A stretch of DNA of 64,000 nucleotides from a virus (Duplodnaviria; Heunggongvirae; Uroviricota; Caudoviricetes), in the IMG/VR virus record IMGVR_UViG_3300021400_000141, positions 64,001 through 128,000 of that record, one strand, 5' to 3'. The notes under the pieces were generated by a model. That model worked only from the letters and a program-made list of their open reading frames with translations. It was not told the DNA's origin and made no database searches. Of this stretch, positions 27,815 through 37,296 are shown in pieces. How positions within the stretch are numbered: the stretch's first letter is position 1; each line of letters opens with the position of its first letter. Both the position numbers and the translations under genes were made by a program.

Positions 27815-29065
27815 TTACCCGTGGGTGAGGCGCCAGTCAAGTTCGCACTTCAAGCGGTCTACATACGCGGCATCACGGCACATGAGCTTTCCTTCGGTGT
27901 CGGAAATCTTTGCAACAGGGCGACCGTTGCATTCGATGAGCTTCATGACCTGATTCAACGGTTCCAGACCGCAGTCGTTGGACAGGTAGGTTCCGATACC
28001 GAAGCCGACTTTCGCACGTTCATGGAAGTAGTCGTACAGCTTCGTTGCACGTTCGAAATCGAGGGAGTCGGAGAAGAGCAGGGTCTTCTGCAGCGGGTCG
28101 CCACCACGTTCCTTGATTGCGTCAATCATCTTGTCGCCCCACACATACGGGTCGCCAGAGTCGTGACGGAAACCGTCCCAGACACGGACATCGTTGCGGG
28201 TGAGGTCTTTCAGGAAGACATCGGTACGAACGCAGTCGGTAAGGTAGATACCGTTGCGGCCCTGATACTGCCTCTGCCAAGCATCCATCATGAGACGGTT
28301 GGAGTAGGCAGGGTTGTACATCGGGTTGCCCTGACCGATTGCTTCGATGGCTTCGTGGGCGATGGTTCCGATGAGCTTGACACCGTACTTCAAAGCGAGG
28401 TACACATTGGATGTGCCGAGGAAGACAGAATCACCGAAGACACCACTCTTCTGTGCGGTTGCCAATGCACGGATGAGGTAATCCTGAACCTTGCGGGAGA
28501 AACGACGGCGGAGACCGAATTCGGAGAATGCACCGAGACGATACTTGCCGCTTGCAATCATGTCAACCTTCTGGTCGATACGACGCATTGCTTCGGCTTC
28601 GAGTTCAGCGTGGTTCGGATTGTGGTTGTAGAAGTAGACTTCGTTCACGATGGCGAGGACGTAGATTTCGTAGAACGTATTCACCATAAGAGGGTCGAAA
28701 TCACCACCCGCTTCAATAATCATGTGGGACGGGTCGTTTTCGACGTAAGACACACGAACCTGGCTACGGTCGAGACGGAGCAGCGACAGGAAATACCTGT
28801 AAGCAGGGGTGAGCCAAGTGGCTTCCTTCATGATAGCGTCAATTTCTTCACGGGTCAGCGTGAGGCTGCAGAGGTGGTCGAGCTGACGGTTGATTTCCGC
28901 CACATCTTCCTTCGTGAACTGCACGATGCTTCCATCCTTGCGTTTGCGGCACTTGTAGGCCCACTTGGCGGTGTAGTCGCTGTACTGGGTGAAGTAGAGG
29001 TTGTCCATGTTGAACTTGTAGAGGTCTGTCTCAAGCAGACTTTCTATGCACCAATGGTCGAGCAT
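27815..29065 (-). CDS. pncB: Nicotinate phosphoribosyltransferase (E. coli PncB type)
   Basis: LETDLYKFNM, EFGLRRRFS, GTSNV, GTIAHE (phospho-His), RHDSGDP, FSDSL, FGIGT and AKISD motifs. Confidence 0.93.
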   Translation of the reverse strand: MLDHWCIESLLETDLYKFNMDNLYFTQYSDYTAKWAYKCRKRKDGSIVQFTKEDVAEINRQLDHLCSLTLTREEIDAIMKEATWLTPAYRYFLSLLRLDRSQVRVSYVENDPSHMIIEAGGDFDPLMVNTFYEIYVLAIVNEVYFYNHNPNHAELEAEAMRRIDQKVDMIASGKYRLGAFSEFGLRRRFSRKVQDYLIRALATAQKSGVFGDSVFLGTSNVYLALKYGVKLIGTIAHEAIEAIGQGNPMYNPAYSNRLMMDAWQRQYQGRNGIYLTDCVRTDVFLKDLTRNDVRVWDGFRHDSGDPYVWGDKMIDAIKERGGDPLQKTLLFSDSLDFERATKLYDYFHERAKVGFGIGTYLSNDCGLEPLNQVMKLIECNGRPVAKISDTEGKLMCRDAAYVDRLKCELDWRLTHG

Positions 29066-29080
29066 ATTGTTACCTTCCTT

Positions 29081-30139
29081 TTAGAATCTCGGTTCAAGTC
29101 CGAGCATATTTAAGATGATTTTCTTGTGGTCTGCGTGGAACAGATTTTCGGCAGAGCTGCACACCTCGCTCAATTTGAGCCAAGTTGCACTTGCCGCATC
29201 ATCCTGACCGACGACCTTGGGGAGTCTCGGGTACTGAACGCCGTCAGTTCCGAGCACATACTTCGGGTTGATACGGTACAGGAACGCCGTAGTTTCCGCA
29301 TTGACACGGTCGCTAGAACGGGGGTCACGGAACGGAGCGTCGAAATTCTTCGATGCTGCTGGTGTCCAGTCGGACGAATCCAATCCAGTTTCCTCCATCA
29401 GTTCACGCTCGGCTGCCTTCTGTGCAGAAAGGTCGGTCGGGTCCTGGAAACCGCCAGGGAGGGCGTACTTGCCGTTATCCTTGCGGACAACGAACAGGAT
29501 GTGACCAGCGCAAAGAACAATGTTGTCCACGGTCTTGTACACAGAAGAATACTTCGGGTTCAAATCCTTGATATACTTCTGCTGCAGATTGTAGGTACTT
29601 ACAATTTCATCCTTGATTTTGGCAAACAATTCCTCGTTGGCAAAAATACCTGCGGGAAGGTTCGCTTTCAGGAACTCGGTATCATTTTCCGCAAAAGCCC
29701 GACGGATGTCTGTCGCATGGACATGGACATTTTCCGTTGCCTGCCAGAACGGTGTACCGACAAGGTTTGCGTAATCCTTGATGTATTCCATTCCGCAGAG
29801 GATGTTGTTTTCCATGTTGGCAGAATAGGAACTCAGGGAAGCCTGAAGCCATTTGCCGAACATCGTCCAGTTGTACGGGGAATCTCGGAGGGTTTCGATA
29901 AAGATGTGAGTGCGGACACCAGCCTTGTTGACAACTTCGTCGTTATCAAGGACGTTCTGAATCATGTCGTAACGGCTTGCCGAGTCAATCGGGTTTCTTG
30001 GGCTGCCAGAACCCGTGGAGCCGAGAACGAGGATGATACGGTCATACGTTTTGTCCATCTTGTCGATAATCTGATGGAGAACGTCGAGGTGTCCATTGTG
30101 GAACGGCTGGAACCTGCCGATGTAGACCCAATTCTTCAT
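29081..30139 (-). CDS. nadM: Bifunctional NMN/NaMN adenylyltransferase - Nudix ADP-ribose pyrophosphatase (NadM-Nudix)
   Basis: IGRFQPFHNGH (HxGH), ATDIR, ALPGGF...RELMEETGL Nudix box, RDPR, DDA, HADH. Confidence 0.9.
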   Translation of the reverse strand: MKNWVYIGRFQPFHNGHLDVLHQIIDKMDKTYDRIILVLGSTGSGSPRNPIDSASRYDMIQNVLDNDEVVNKAGVRTHIFIETLRDSPYNWTMFGKWLQASLSSYSANMENNILCGMEYIKDYANLVGTPFWQATENVHVHATDIRRAFAENDTEFLKANLPAGIFANEELFAKIKDEIVSTYNLQQKYIKDLNPKYSSVYKTVDNIVLCAGHILFVVRKDNGKYALPGGFQDPTDLSAQKAAERELMEETGLDSSDWTPAASKNFDAPFRDPRSSDRVNAETTAFLYRINPKYVLGTDGVQYPRLPKVVGQDDAASATWLKLSEVCSSAENLFHADHKKIILNMLGLEPRF

Positions 30140-30594
30140 TACTTGCCTGCCTTTGCTAGCAACGCCTTGATGACAAGCTGGCTTGCAGCCTTGCCGTCGA
30201 AACGACCCTTGATTATGGGGGTAAGGATTTTCATGACCTTGCCCATATCCTTCTGTTCGCAAGCGCCAGTTGCGTCGATAGCCTTTGCGATTTCGGCAAC
30301 AACTTCGTCTTCGGACATCTGTGCGGGCATGTACTGCTTGTAGAGTTCGAGCGTCTTCTTCTCTTCGTCGGCACGGTCGGTCTTTCCAGCCTTGACATAG
30401 CCTTCGATGGTTTCATTCTTCTGCTTGATAGCCTTGTCGAGAACGGCAATACACATGGCGTCGTCAACAGGTTTCTGTGCCGAGATTGCGGCATTCTTGA
30501 TGTCGGAAACGAGCGTACGGAGGGCAGTCAGAGCCACCGTGTCGTGGGCCTTCATCAGTTCGGTGATTTTTGTGTTTAGTGTATCTAGCAGCAT
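30139..30594 (-). CDS. GatB/YqeY domain protein
   Basis: MKAHD...LRTL...IKN, YMPAQMSEDE and DMGKVM...GRFDGK motifs. Confidence 0.9.
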   Translation of the reverse strand: MLLDTLNTKITELMKAHDTVALTALRTLVSDIKNAAISAQKPVDDAMCIAVLDKAIKQKNETIEGYVKAGKTDRADEEKKTLELYKQYMPAQMSEDEVVAEIAKAIDATGACEQKDMGKVMKILTPIIKGRFDGKAASQLVIKALLAKAGK

Positions 30595-30606
30595 AATGCT
30601 TCCTTG

Positions 30607-31152
30607 TTAGATGATTTTAATTTGCTTTGCTTCCATTGCGAGGAGGGCTGCACGGTGATGCTGTTCGTCAAGGTCGAGGCAGCAATCCCTGTACACGCCG
30701 ACGAGGGCTTCTGGGAATGCGGTCTTGACACCGTTGGCATTGCTGTCAACGCAGATGCTCGTCACGGTTCCTGCGAGGTAGACTTCGGTAGGCGGAACTT
30801 CGATACCAGCATAGGTTTCGTGGTCGCCCAAAATTGCCGCCCAGTACGGGAAGCCAAAAGTGTTCTTGTCGATTACGTTGTTTTCGGTAACGTAGTCACG
30901 GAGTTCGGGGATAATTTCCCAACCAGGAGTTCCCTTGATGCAGTGCGGAACAGGCAAGTTCTTGCCTTCCTGCGTTTCAAGATAGTTTGCGGAATGCGTG
31001 TCACGGGTGAACCAGATTTTGCCGTCAAATTCCTTGATGAGCTTGAGAATGTTCTGGATGACATTCTTGGCCCAGTCCTTGTTCGGGTTTGCGAGGGCGC
31101 CTGTAATGAAATCGACCTGCATATCGACGATGATTAGGTTCTTATTTTTCAT
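30607..31152 (-). CDS. pncA: Nicotinamidase (isochorismatase-family cysteine hydrolase)
   Basis: IIVDMQVDF, TRDTH, PHCIKGTPGW, DKNTFG, SICV (D-K-C triad); position next to pncB. Confidence 0.85.
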   Translation of the reverse strand: MKNKNLIIVDMQVDFITGALANPNKDWAKNVIQNILKLIKEFDGKIWFTRDTHSANYLETQEGKNLPVPHCIKGTPGWEIIPELRDYVTENNVIDKNTFGFPYWAAILGDHETYAGIEVPPTEVYLAGTVTSICVDSNANGVKTAFPEALVGVYRDCCLDLDEQHHRAALLAMEAKQIKII

Positions 31153-31185
31153 AAAGAAATCTCCTGTATTGGTTGTACAGGAGAA

Positions 31186-31214
31186 AATATAGAACATTAA
31201 ACCAAAGCTGTCAA
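31186..31214 (-). promoter_or_regulatory. Sigma70-like early promoter of the pncA-yqeY-nadM-pncB operon
   Basis: TTGACA-17 bp-TATATT, followed by a hairpin (31160-31184) containing the AGGAG RBS. Confidence 0.8.
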
Positions 31215-31375
31215 GACCGATTTTTCCATTTTTTGAAATTAGATACCATCCAAGAGAAAAATCTGCAAACTAATTTAAATAAGCAGTTCAATCCAGCAGT
31301 ACACAAAAGTACGATAATAGCACCGATAACACCAAGAACAATGGAAAAAATCAAGCCGCTAACTGAAACTACCAT
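31211..31375 (-). CDS. Small membrane protein (54 aa)
   Basis: MVVSVSGLIFSIVLGVIGAIIVLLC...KKWKNRS*; below ORF-track cutoff. Confidence 0.5.
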   Translation of the reverse strand: MVVSVSGLIFSIVLGVIGAIIVLLCTAGLNCLFKLVCRFFSWMVSNFKKWKNRS

Positions 31376-31925
31376 CCAAATTACCCTCCATTTCCTTCAA
31401 CTGGATTTCGTGAAGAACCACCTTCCCCTCGACAATACTCTTCGGAACGTCGATAATACGCTGATTGGACGAACCCCTGAATGTCAGGCTCAAATCCCGC
31501 AAATCCTTCAAATACGGGCCGTCAATCAAGATGTCGGTGTAGGTCAACAACTCCTTCATCGCAGGATGGGCAAACTTGGACATCAGCATTTCGTAACGGT
31601 AGCCAGTGAAGACCACGAGGTGCAGTCTACGCATTTTGACACCAAGTACGAAAGGCAGAAGCTGAACCGCCTGTTCCATCGGGTCGCCGCCACTGAGGGT
31701 GACTCCGCTCAACAGAGGGTTCGCATCGACCATTTTCAACAGGCTGTCTGCAGTCTCGACTTGCCCCTTCCCAAAAGCATGCGTCTCGGGATTTTGACAT
31801 TCGGGACAATGATGGCTGCAACCCTGAGTGAAGACAACGAAGCGGATACCAGGACCGTCAACGAACGATTCCTGCTCGATTCCAGCTATTCTCAAATTTT
31901 CGTCTTCACTCATGTACATAATCAA
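31359..31925 (-). CDS. nrdG: Anaerobic ribonucleotide reductase activating enzyme (radical SAM)
   Basis: SFVDGPGIR, GCSHHCPEC (CxxxCxxC), SGGDP, DGPY and RGSSNQR motifs. Confidence 0.95.
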   Translation of the reverse strand: MIMYMSEDENLRIAGIEQESFVDGPGIRFVVFTQGCSHHCPECQNPETHAFGKGQVETADSLLKMVDANPLLSGVTLSGGDPMEQAVQLLPFVLGVKMRRLHLVVFTGYRYEMLMSKFAHPAMKELLTYTDILIDGPYLKDLRDLSLTFRGSSNQRIIDVPKSIVEGKVVLHEIQLKEMEGNLDGSFS

Positions 31926-31931
31926 TAACCA

Positions 31932-32330
31932 TTACATTGGGTTGAAACGCTGCAAAAGTTTCGCCACATACCCTTCCCAGTTTATCGGTTCAAAGATGAC
32001 GCTTTTATCGTCGATGTAGTGGTCGGCACTGATTTTCCTGCCATAAAGGGTTCCTTCCTCGCCATCCTGCTCCCCGATGTTCTTGTTTACAGCGTCAAAG
32101 TTCAGTCCGTACTTTTCGCAGAACTTGACCGCATCAATGAGGTACGGGCCGTCCTCATAGTGCTTTCCACCGTAGTTTTCACGGCAAGTCCAAAGGACTA
32201 TCTGGTGGCCCATGCTCTGCAAATGGTTGAGGGCACGGATTAGAACCGTGTTTGGGGTGGCGTTGTTAACGTCTGGGAAGCTGTCTCCAAGGGCCAGCGT
32301 TCCGTCAAAGTCTACTGCTATTATTGCCAT
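31932..32330 (-). CDS. HAD-family phosphatase (BT0820-like)
   Basis: AVDFDGTL, LWTCR, RKISADHYIDDK. Confidence 0.85.
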   Translation of the reverse strand: MAIIAVDFDGTLALGDSFPDVNNATPNTVLIRALNHLQSMGHQIVLWTCRENYGGKHYEDGPYLIDAVKFCEKYGLNFDAVNKNIGEQDGEEGTLYGRKISADHYIDDKSVIFEPINWEGYVAKLLQRFNPM

Positions 32331-32333
32331 AAG

Positions 32334-32362
32334 AAAAACCTTCGGTTGAAGTACCGAAGGTT
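32334..32362 (-). terminator. Terminator-like hairpin overlapped by a promoter start
   Basis: AACCTTCGGT-loop-ACCGAAGGTT plus T-tract immediately before the HAD ATG. Confidence 0.7.
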
Positions 32363-32391
32363 AATATAGATAAATTTCGGTGAATCGTCAA
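32363..32391 (-). promoter_or_regulatory. Sigma70-like early promoter
   Basis: TTGACG-17 bp-TATATT. Confidence 0.75.
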
Positions 32392-32675
32392 GCGAGATTA
32401 ATCCAGCCTGAACCAGCATCGAACGACACCATATCCTCTGGTTTGCTGCCTTCCTTCAATGCGTCAACAAGGACGCTGACGACACCCAACAGGGGTTGTT
32501 CAGGTGGAGTGGCCTTGTGTTTTTCCACTCGCCATCCACCTTCGGTGAATGTCACAGCGGCGTCTGGGCCGTATATGTGCATACGTCCAGCAAGGTCGGT
32601 AAACAGGTCGATTAGACGGTATTTTGCAGGTCCACCTGCGATAGCTCCCTTATCGGTATTCATAATTTCCTCCAA
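32388..32675 (-). CDS. Hypothetical protein
   Basis: 95-aa ORF. Confidence 0.55.
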   Translation of the reverse strand: MEEIMNTDKGAIAGGPAKYRLIDLFTDLAGRMHIYGPDAAVTFTEGGWRVEKHKATPPEQPLLGVVSVLVDALKEGSKPEDMVSFDAGSGWINLA

Positions 32676-32685
32676 CTGAATTCAG

Positions 32686-32976
32686 TTAATCATCACACTT
32701 AACAACTTTATATATGGCGTCGCCGTGGTTCAACAAATAATCCTTGCGGCCTGGATGATGAAATGCATCGTCGAACAGGTTATCCAACGCACATTCGATA
32801 CTGACCTTGATTTTTTCATCCATCAAAGCAATATCGGCGTCCGTAGGCTCTTCATTTACCTGGTCTACCAGTTTATTAGAGTTATCTCTAATGTTGTGCA
32901 GAAGTTCTGGCTGATAATCTATGCTGACAAGCAGTTTGATTTTTCTCTTTTCCATATACGCTTCCGTTGTCTCCAA
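32686..32976 (-). CDS. Hypothetical protein
   Basis: ~90-aa ORF; GATAAACT late-like motif upstream. Confidence 0.55.
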   Translation of the reverse strand: METTEAYMEKRKIKLLVSIDYQPELLHNIRDNSNKLVDQVNEEPTDADIALMDEKIKVSIECALDNLFDDAFHHPGRKDYLLNHGDAIYKVVKCDD

Positions 32977-32994
32977 TTACATCAAGTTTATCCA

Positions 32995-33870
32995 CTACGT
33001 GTGGCAATCACAACGCCATACATAGCAGTCGTCAGGGATGGATTTCCAGACTTCCATCCAAGTCTTGTTGAAATCCTTGTCTTCATCCCAGGTTACCGCC
33101 CACCATCCCATGTGGCCATGTTCAATCCATTGGCCGGACGGAATAACCAACGCCCAGAACGGTGCAGCTTCACGAAGGTTCCCATCAACGAACTCCTGTT
33201 CGGTCATAGCAGAAATATCGTCCACCTTGACACTCCATCTAAGATTGAACAGCTCGTCTGAGGAGATTGCCGCCTCCATGTCCTTGATGCTCTGCTGTCC
33301 ATTGTAGATTTCCCTTGCTTTCTTGATGTCCCCGTCAACGCTGTCTCGTGCCTGTTGCCAGCTGATAAAATCAGGCTTGAAGAACGGTTTCAGCCTTTTG
33401 TAGACACCAGTGAAGTAATTTTTCTTGCCATTCATGAAAGCGTCGAGGTCAATTTGAGATTTTTTAACAACCTTCACATCAGTGTCGCCAACATCCTCGG
33501 TAAGGAACGGGCAGTTTTTCCAAGAATACGGGGTATAGTAATCCCATTTATGATTAGGATTGGTAAACTGATAACTCTGTACGATATGTCCATCCTTTAC
33601 TACGGCATATGATTCGGTCGGCCTTACCTTTGGTTCCTCGGAATAGATATACTCGGGATGAAGACCGTACCAATCTGCCAAGAATTGTTCTGGAGAATCA
33701 TAGTCCGATAGGTTCTCGTTATATTCCTTGATTGACTCTTCCAACCTGTCAACATAGACACAGTAATCGGTACGCCCCGTGCATTCGTATTCGTGATACG
33801 GAAGCATCAGCCTATCGAGTTCTTCCTTTTGGTCGGTCTTTGTAATCACATAGGTGGTAAAGTGGCTCAT
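32995..33870 (-). CDS. Conserved-looking phage hypothetical protein
   Basis: MSHF start, NPNHKWDYY, GQWIEHGHMGWW and DCH end motifs. Confidence 0.75.
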   Translation of the reverse strand: MSHFTTYVITKTDQKEELDRLMLPYHEYECTGRTDYCVYVDRLEESIKEYNENLSDYDSPEQFLADWYGLHPEYIYSEEPKVRPTESYAVVKDGHIVQSYQFTNPNHKWDYYTPYSWKNCPFLTEDVGDTDVKVVKKSQIDLDAFMNGKKNYFTGVYKRLKPFFKPDFISWQQARDSVDGDIKKAREIYNGQQSIKDMEAAISSDELFNLRWSVKVDDISAMTEQEFVDGNLREAAPFWALVIPSGQWIEHGHMGWWAVTWDEDKDFNKTWMEVWKSIPDDCYVWRCDCHT

Positions 33871-33906
33871 ATTAGTCCTTTTGTTGAAGTGTTGGGTTTA
33901 ATTCCG

Positions 33907-34296
33907 TTATGCAATCATTTCAGGTATCTTCCATACCACGAGGAACGTGAAGATAATTTGGGACAGGTGCAGCAGCTGGTCCTCGACGAGGCCGATAGCC
34001 AGTCGGTTGCATTTCAGGTCATCCACGAAGAAGTGTACGGCACAGTTGAACAGGAACAATGCGACCACGATGGCAACTGGAGCATCCATGAAGAGCACGC
34101 ACGGGAGCATGACCATAATGGTCCAGCTGATTACGTGGGCGACAAGTGCTGGAATCCAGTCATACTTGTACTTTGGGTCTGGTGCGTTCTTTGCCCACCA
34201 GGACTTCTGTTTCAGGTTCGCAAGACACCCCTGGAGATGAAAATCGTCCAGTATATGAAGGAACAGCATCATGAGCAGAACGTAAATCGGATTCAT
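33907..34296 (-). CDS. DUF3307-like membrane protein
   Basis: HILDDFHLQG, HFFVDDLK and EDQLLH His/Asp motifs in TM helices. Confidence 0.8.
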   Translation of the reverse strand: MNPIYVLLMMLFLHILDDFHLQGCLANLKQKSWWAKNAPDPKYKYDWIPALVAHVISWTIMVMLPCVLFMDAPVAIVVALFLFNCAVHFFVDDLKCNRLAIGLVEDQLLHLSQIIFTFLVVWKIPEMIA

Positions 34297-34916
34297 TTTG
34301 ACCCCATATTCATCATCGTCATTGCGTACATGTCTTGCTTTGTAGGTTTGTACGGGTCAAGTACAGACATAGTACCAATCGTCCGTTCGAGATAACTTTT
34401 CTTTACAAAGGTGCAATACAGCGTGTCGTAGTCATCGTTTGAATCTGGCCCGAGGACAGGACATGCAAACCTGACATCATGCACATCGGTCCCGACCTGC
34501 ATCCATTCCGTCGTCCAGCACTCGGCAGGGAACTTTACCGTCCCTTCAACCTTAGCACATACGATGGTAAGGTACAGCTTGTCAGCATAAGGCATCGCCG
34601 CACGGTACGCAGAGGCGCCACCGATTACGAAAAGCTCGGTTTCGCCAGCATTTTCTGCAATCCTGATTGCTTCCTCGATGGATGCAACCGTGGTGCAACC
34701 TTCCGCCTTGAAATCAGGGTCACGTGTAAGTATGATGTTCGTGCGGTTCGGCAACGGCCTGCCGATATCCTCGTAGTTCACCCTGCCCATAACGACATGG
34801 TGACCAGAGGTAATATGTTTAAACCTAATCAAATCAGATTTGATGTGCCACGGGAGATGGCCTTCCTTCCCTATTATCATGTCGGGAGTCATTGCGACAA
34901 TCATTGAAACAATCAT
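34293..34916 (-). CDS. folA: Dihydrofolate reductase with C-terminal extension
   Basis: [37 protein letters not shown]. Confidence 0.93.
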   Translation of the reverse strand: MIVSMIVAMTPDMIIGKEGHLPWHIKSDLIRFKHITSGHHVVMGRVNYEDIGRPLPNRTNIILTRDPDFKAEGCTTVASIEEAIRIAENAGETELFVIGGASAYRAAMPYADKLYLTIVCAKVEGTVKFPAECWTTEWMQVGTDVHDVRFACPVLGPDSNDDYDTLYCTFVKKSYLERTIGTMSVLDPYKPTKQDMYAMTMMNMGSK

Positions 34917-35725
34917 ACTGCTATCGGTGCCTTGATTGACGGATACGGGTCATAATTTTCAAGTTCGAAGTCTTCGTAGCGGAAGCCGAAGATATCATTG
35001 ACATCTGGGTTAATCTTCATCGTCGGCAACGCTCTCGGGGTTCTGGAAAGCTGTTCCTTCACCTGCTCGAAATGGTTGTGGTAGATGTGGGTGTCACCCA
35101 AGGTATGAACGAATTCGGAAGCCTCGTAGCCGCAGACCTGTGCCAGCATCATCGTCAACAGGGCGTAGGAAGCGATGTTGAACGGGACACCAAGGAACGT
35201 ATCAGCGCTTCTCTGGTAGAGTTGGCAACTGAGTTTCCGCTTACCAGAGTCGCCGATACCGCCTACATAAAACTGGAAAAGACAGTGGCAAGGAGGCAGG
35301 GCCATCTTGTCAACTTCGGCAACGTTCCACGCACAAACTACGTGACGGCGTGAATCGGGGTTGTTCTTGAGGCTATCGACAAGGTTCTTAATCTGGTCGA
35401 TGTGGCCACCATCTGGGGTGGGCCATGAACGCCACTGGTGTCCATAAACGGGCCCCAAATCCCCGTTTTCGTCAGCCCATTCGTCCCAGATGGTAACCTT
35501 GTTGTCTCGGAGGTACTTGATATTCGTGTCTCCCTTCAGGAACCACAGAAGTTCATGGATGATTGAACGGAGATGAAGCTTCTTGGTTGTCAAGCAGGGG
35601 AACCCCTTGGTGAGGTCATAACGGCACTGGCGTCCGAATACGGAGCGTGTTCCTGTGCCAGTTCTGTCGGAACGGTCAACGCCGTTCTCCATAATGTCTT
35701 TGAGTAAATATAAATATTGCTGCAT
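34913..35725 (-). CDS. thyA: Thymidylate synthase
   Basis: [36 protein letters not shown] and PFNIASY motifs. Confidence 0.97.
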   Translation of the reverse strand: MQQYLYLLKDIMENGVDRSDRTGTGTRSVFGRQCRYDLTKGFPCLTTKKLHLRSIIHELLWFLKGDTNIKYLRDNKVTIWDEWADENGDLGPVYGHQWRSWPTPDGGHIDQIKNLVDSLKNNPDSRRHVVCAWNVAEVDKMALPPCHCLFQFYVGGIGDSGKRKLSCQLYQRSADTFLGVPFNIASYALLTMMLAQVCGYEASEFVHTLGDTHIYHNHFEQVKEQLSRTPRALPTMKINPDVNDIFGFRYEDFELENYDPYPSIKAPIAV

Positions 35726-35731
35726 GCCACC

Positions 35732-35760
35732 AATATAAGTAATTCGAACCCGTTTGGCAA
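35732..35760 (-). promoter_or_regulatory. Sigma70-like promoter of thyA (leaderless spacing)
   Basis: TTGCCA-17 bp-TATATT, then 6 nt, then ATG. Confidence 0.7.
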
Positions 35761-35808
35761 GAGTTGCGACCCAAAAATGTATTTTAATTGCGATAAAAGG
35801 AGCAAAAA

Positions 35809-37296
35809 ATGCCAAAAGCGATAGCAGTCCTTACAGTAACTGAAACTGATTTGAGCACATGTCGAAAGACAATCAACTCGATATTGAACAAGAACCCAGA
35901 AATTGACGTACTATTGTGCATACAGACCGAAACGGAAGGGTTTACCCCTCCTGAGATGGACAGGGTTGAAACCCATGTCATGAAGCCGACGCACGACCCG
36001 TTGAAACCTATTTCAATTGCAATGAAGAGGTACGACACGCTGCCAATCATTTCTGTCCAGCCGAACATCAACTATGATTCAAATTGCCTTGAAGAACTGT
36101 ACAGGATGCACGAACAGTTCCCAAACAGCATCTGCACGGCAGCGTTCAACATCATCAAGGTGTCACGAAAGGATGACAAGGTTGTCGCAACGCTTTCCAG
36201 CCTTGCCGAAAGAAGGAAGGACACCAACTTGGCTAACAAGTATTACGAACTCGTATGCGCACAGGAGACAATCTATCCAGCAGCAAACTCTGGTTCAGGA
36301 TTTACGTTCATGTACGACTGCGAACTCCGTGATGACCCTCTCGAACTTCGTGAGTTCCATCTTGATGAAAACAACGCCCACATCTTCATGTCGATTCTCT
36401 GTCAGGACAATGGGATTGCAATCAGGCATCTTTCGCCAGCGTTGGAACTTCCTGCTCCCCCGTACATCGAACAGCTCACGAAGGATGTGGAGGATTTCTA
36501 CGACAATCTTATCCCGCCAGTTTCTCACGCATTGCCGTTAAAGGAAGACCGCGTTACTGACGACGAAATGGAGATAGCCGTGGTGACTTCCACCAAGAAC
36601 CGTGTCTTGACAATGCAGGAGAAGGAGATTTCCCGAAAGTTCTTCTTCGTTGACGAGGAACACGACAAGCCGAACATCGACAAGTTCAATCCTTGGTTCT
36701 GCGAACTTACCGCACTATACTACATGCACAAGCACAGCAAGGCAAAGTATATCGGCCTGGAACACTACCGTCGATGCTTCGTAATGCAGGAAAACGGAAG
36801 TTACGACCCGAATGCGTACAACATTCTCAACAGGTACGATGCAAGGGACATCCTTGACGAATACGACGCAATCGTCGCATTCCACCAGCACACCCCAGGA
36901 AGGACTGCTTACAGCTACCTTGAAATTTCCAAACAGGCGAATATGTTCAACGACTGGCTGGACGTAGTTGAAACGGGAACACCAGGGTTCAAACAGTTCT
37001 GTCTCGACAGGTTGCAACACGAGGCACTCATCTGCTGCAACATGTTCATCGCTAAAAAGGAGTTAATAGACAAGTATTGCGAATGGCTGTTTGCAAACAC
37101 GAGGGCATACATGCGCAAGTACCCGCTGTCAGACAGAGTGCTTCGCCATATCGGATACTTCGGGGAATTTACCTTCGGTTCATGGCTCCTGTTTAACAAG
37201 TACAGATTGAAACTTCAACCGCATATCCGTTTCAACAGGGAGTTGACCGAGATTGACGAGGCTGAAAGAACGACAATCTGCTCGGAGGAACTCTAA
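35809..37296 (+). CDS. Fusion of a degenerate GT-A-like domain and a DUF4422 glycosyltransferase
   Basis: C-half has [30 protein letters not shown] and GYFGE; N-half resembles the 3954 GT but lacks DDD. Confidence 0.75.
   Translation: MPKAIAVLTVTETDLSTCRKTINSILNKNPEIDVLLCIQTETEGFTPPEMDRVETHVMKPTHDPLKPISIAMKRYDTLPIISVQPNINYDSNCLEELYRMHEQFPNSICTAAFNIIKVSRKDDKVVATLSSLAERRKDTNLANKYYELVCAQETIYPAANSGSGFTFMYDCELRDDPLELREFHLDENNAHIFMSILCQDNGIAIRHLSPALELPAPPYIEQLTKDVEDFYDNLIPPVSHALPLKEDRVTDDEMEIAVVTSTKNRVLTMQEKEISRKFFFVDEEHDKPNIDKFNPWFCELTALYYMHKHSKAKYIGLEHYRRCFVMQENGSYDPNAYNILNRYDARDILDEYDAIVAFHQHTPGRTAYSYLEISKQANMFNDWLDVVETGTPGFKQFCLDRLQHEALICCNMFIAKKELIDKYCEWLFANTRAYMRKYPLSDRVLRHIGYFGEFTFGSWLLFNKYRLKLQPHIRFNRELTEIDEAERTTICSEEL

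Noticed and set aside
27815-29065. Calling this gene Nampt/Namat (NARP1 or NARP2)
   Set aside because: Motifs (TDLYKF, GTSNV, GTxAHE, RHDSGDP, AKISD) and the presence of PncA and NadE fit nicotinate PRTase better; biochemical confirmation is still needed
30140-30262. N-terminal extension of NadM-Nudix in the ORF track
   Set aside because: Lies within YqeY; the true start MKNWVYIGRFQP is at 30139
27821-30343. Long plus-strand ORFs (430 and 405 aa) antisense to pncB and nadM
   Set aside because: Shadow frames caused by strong codon bias of the real genes; no motifs or RBS
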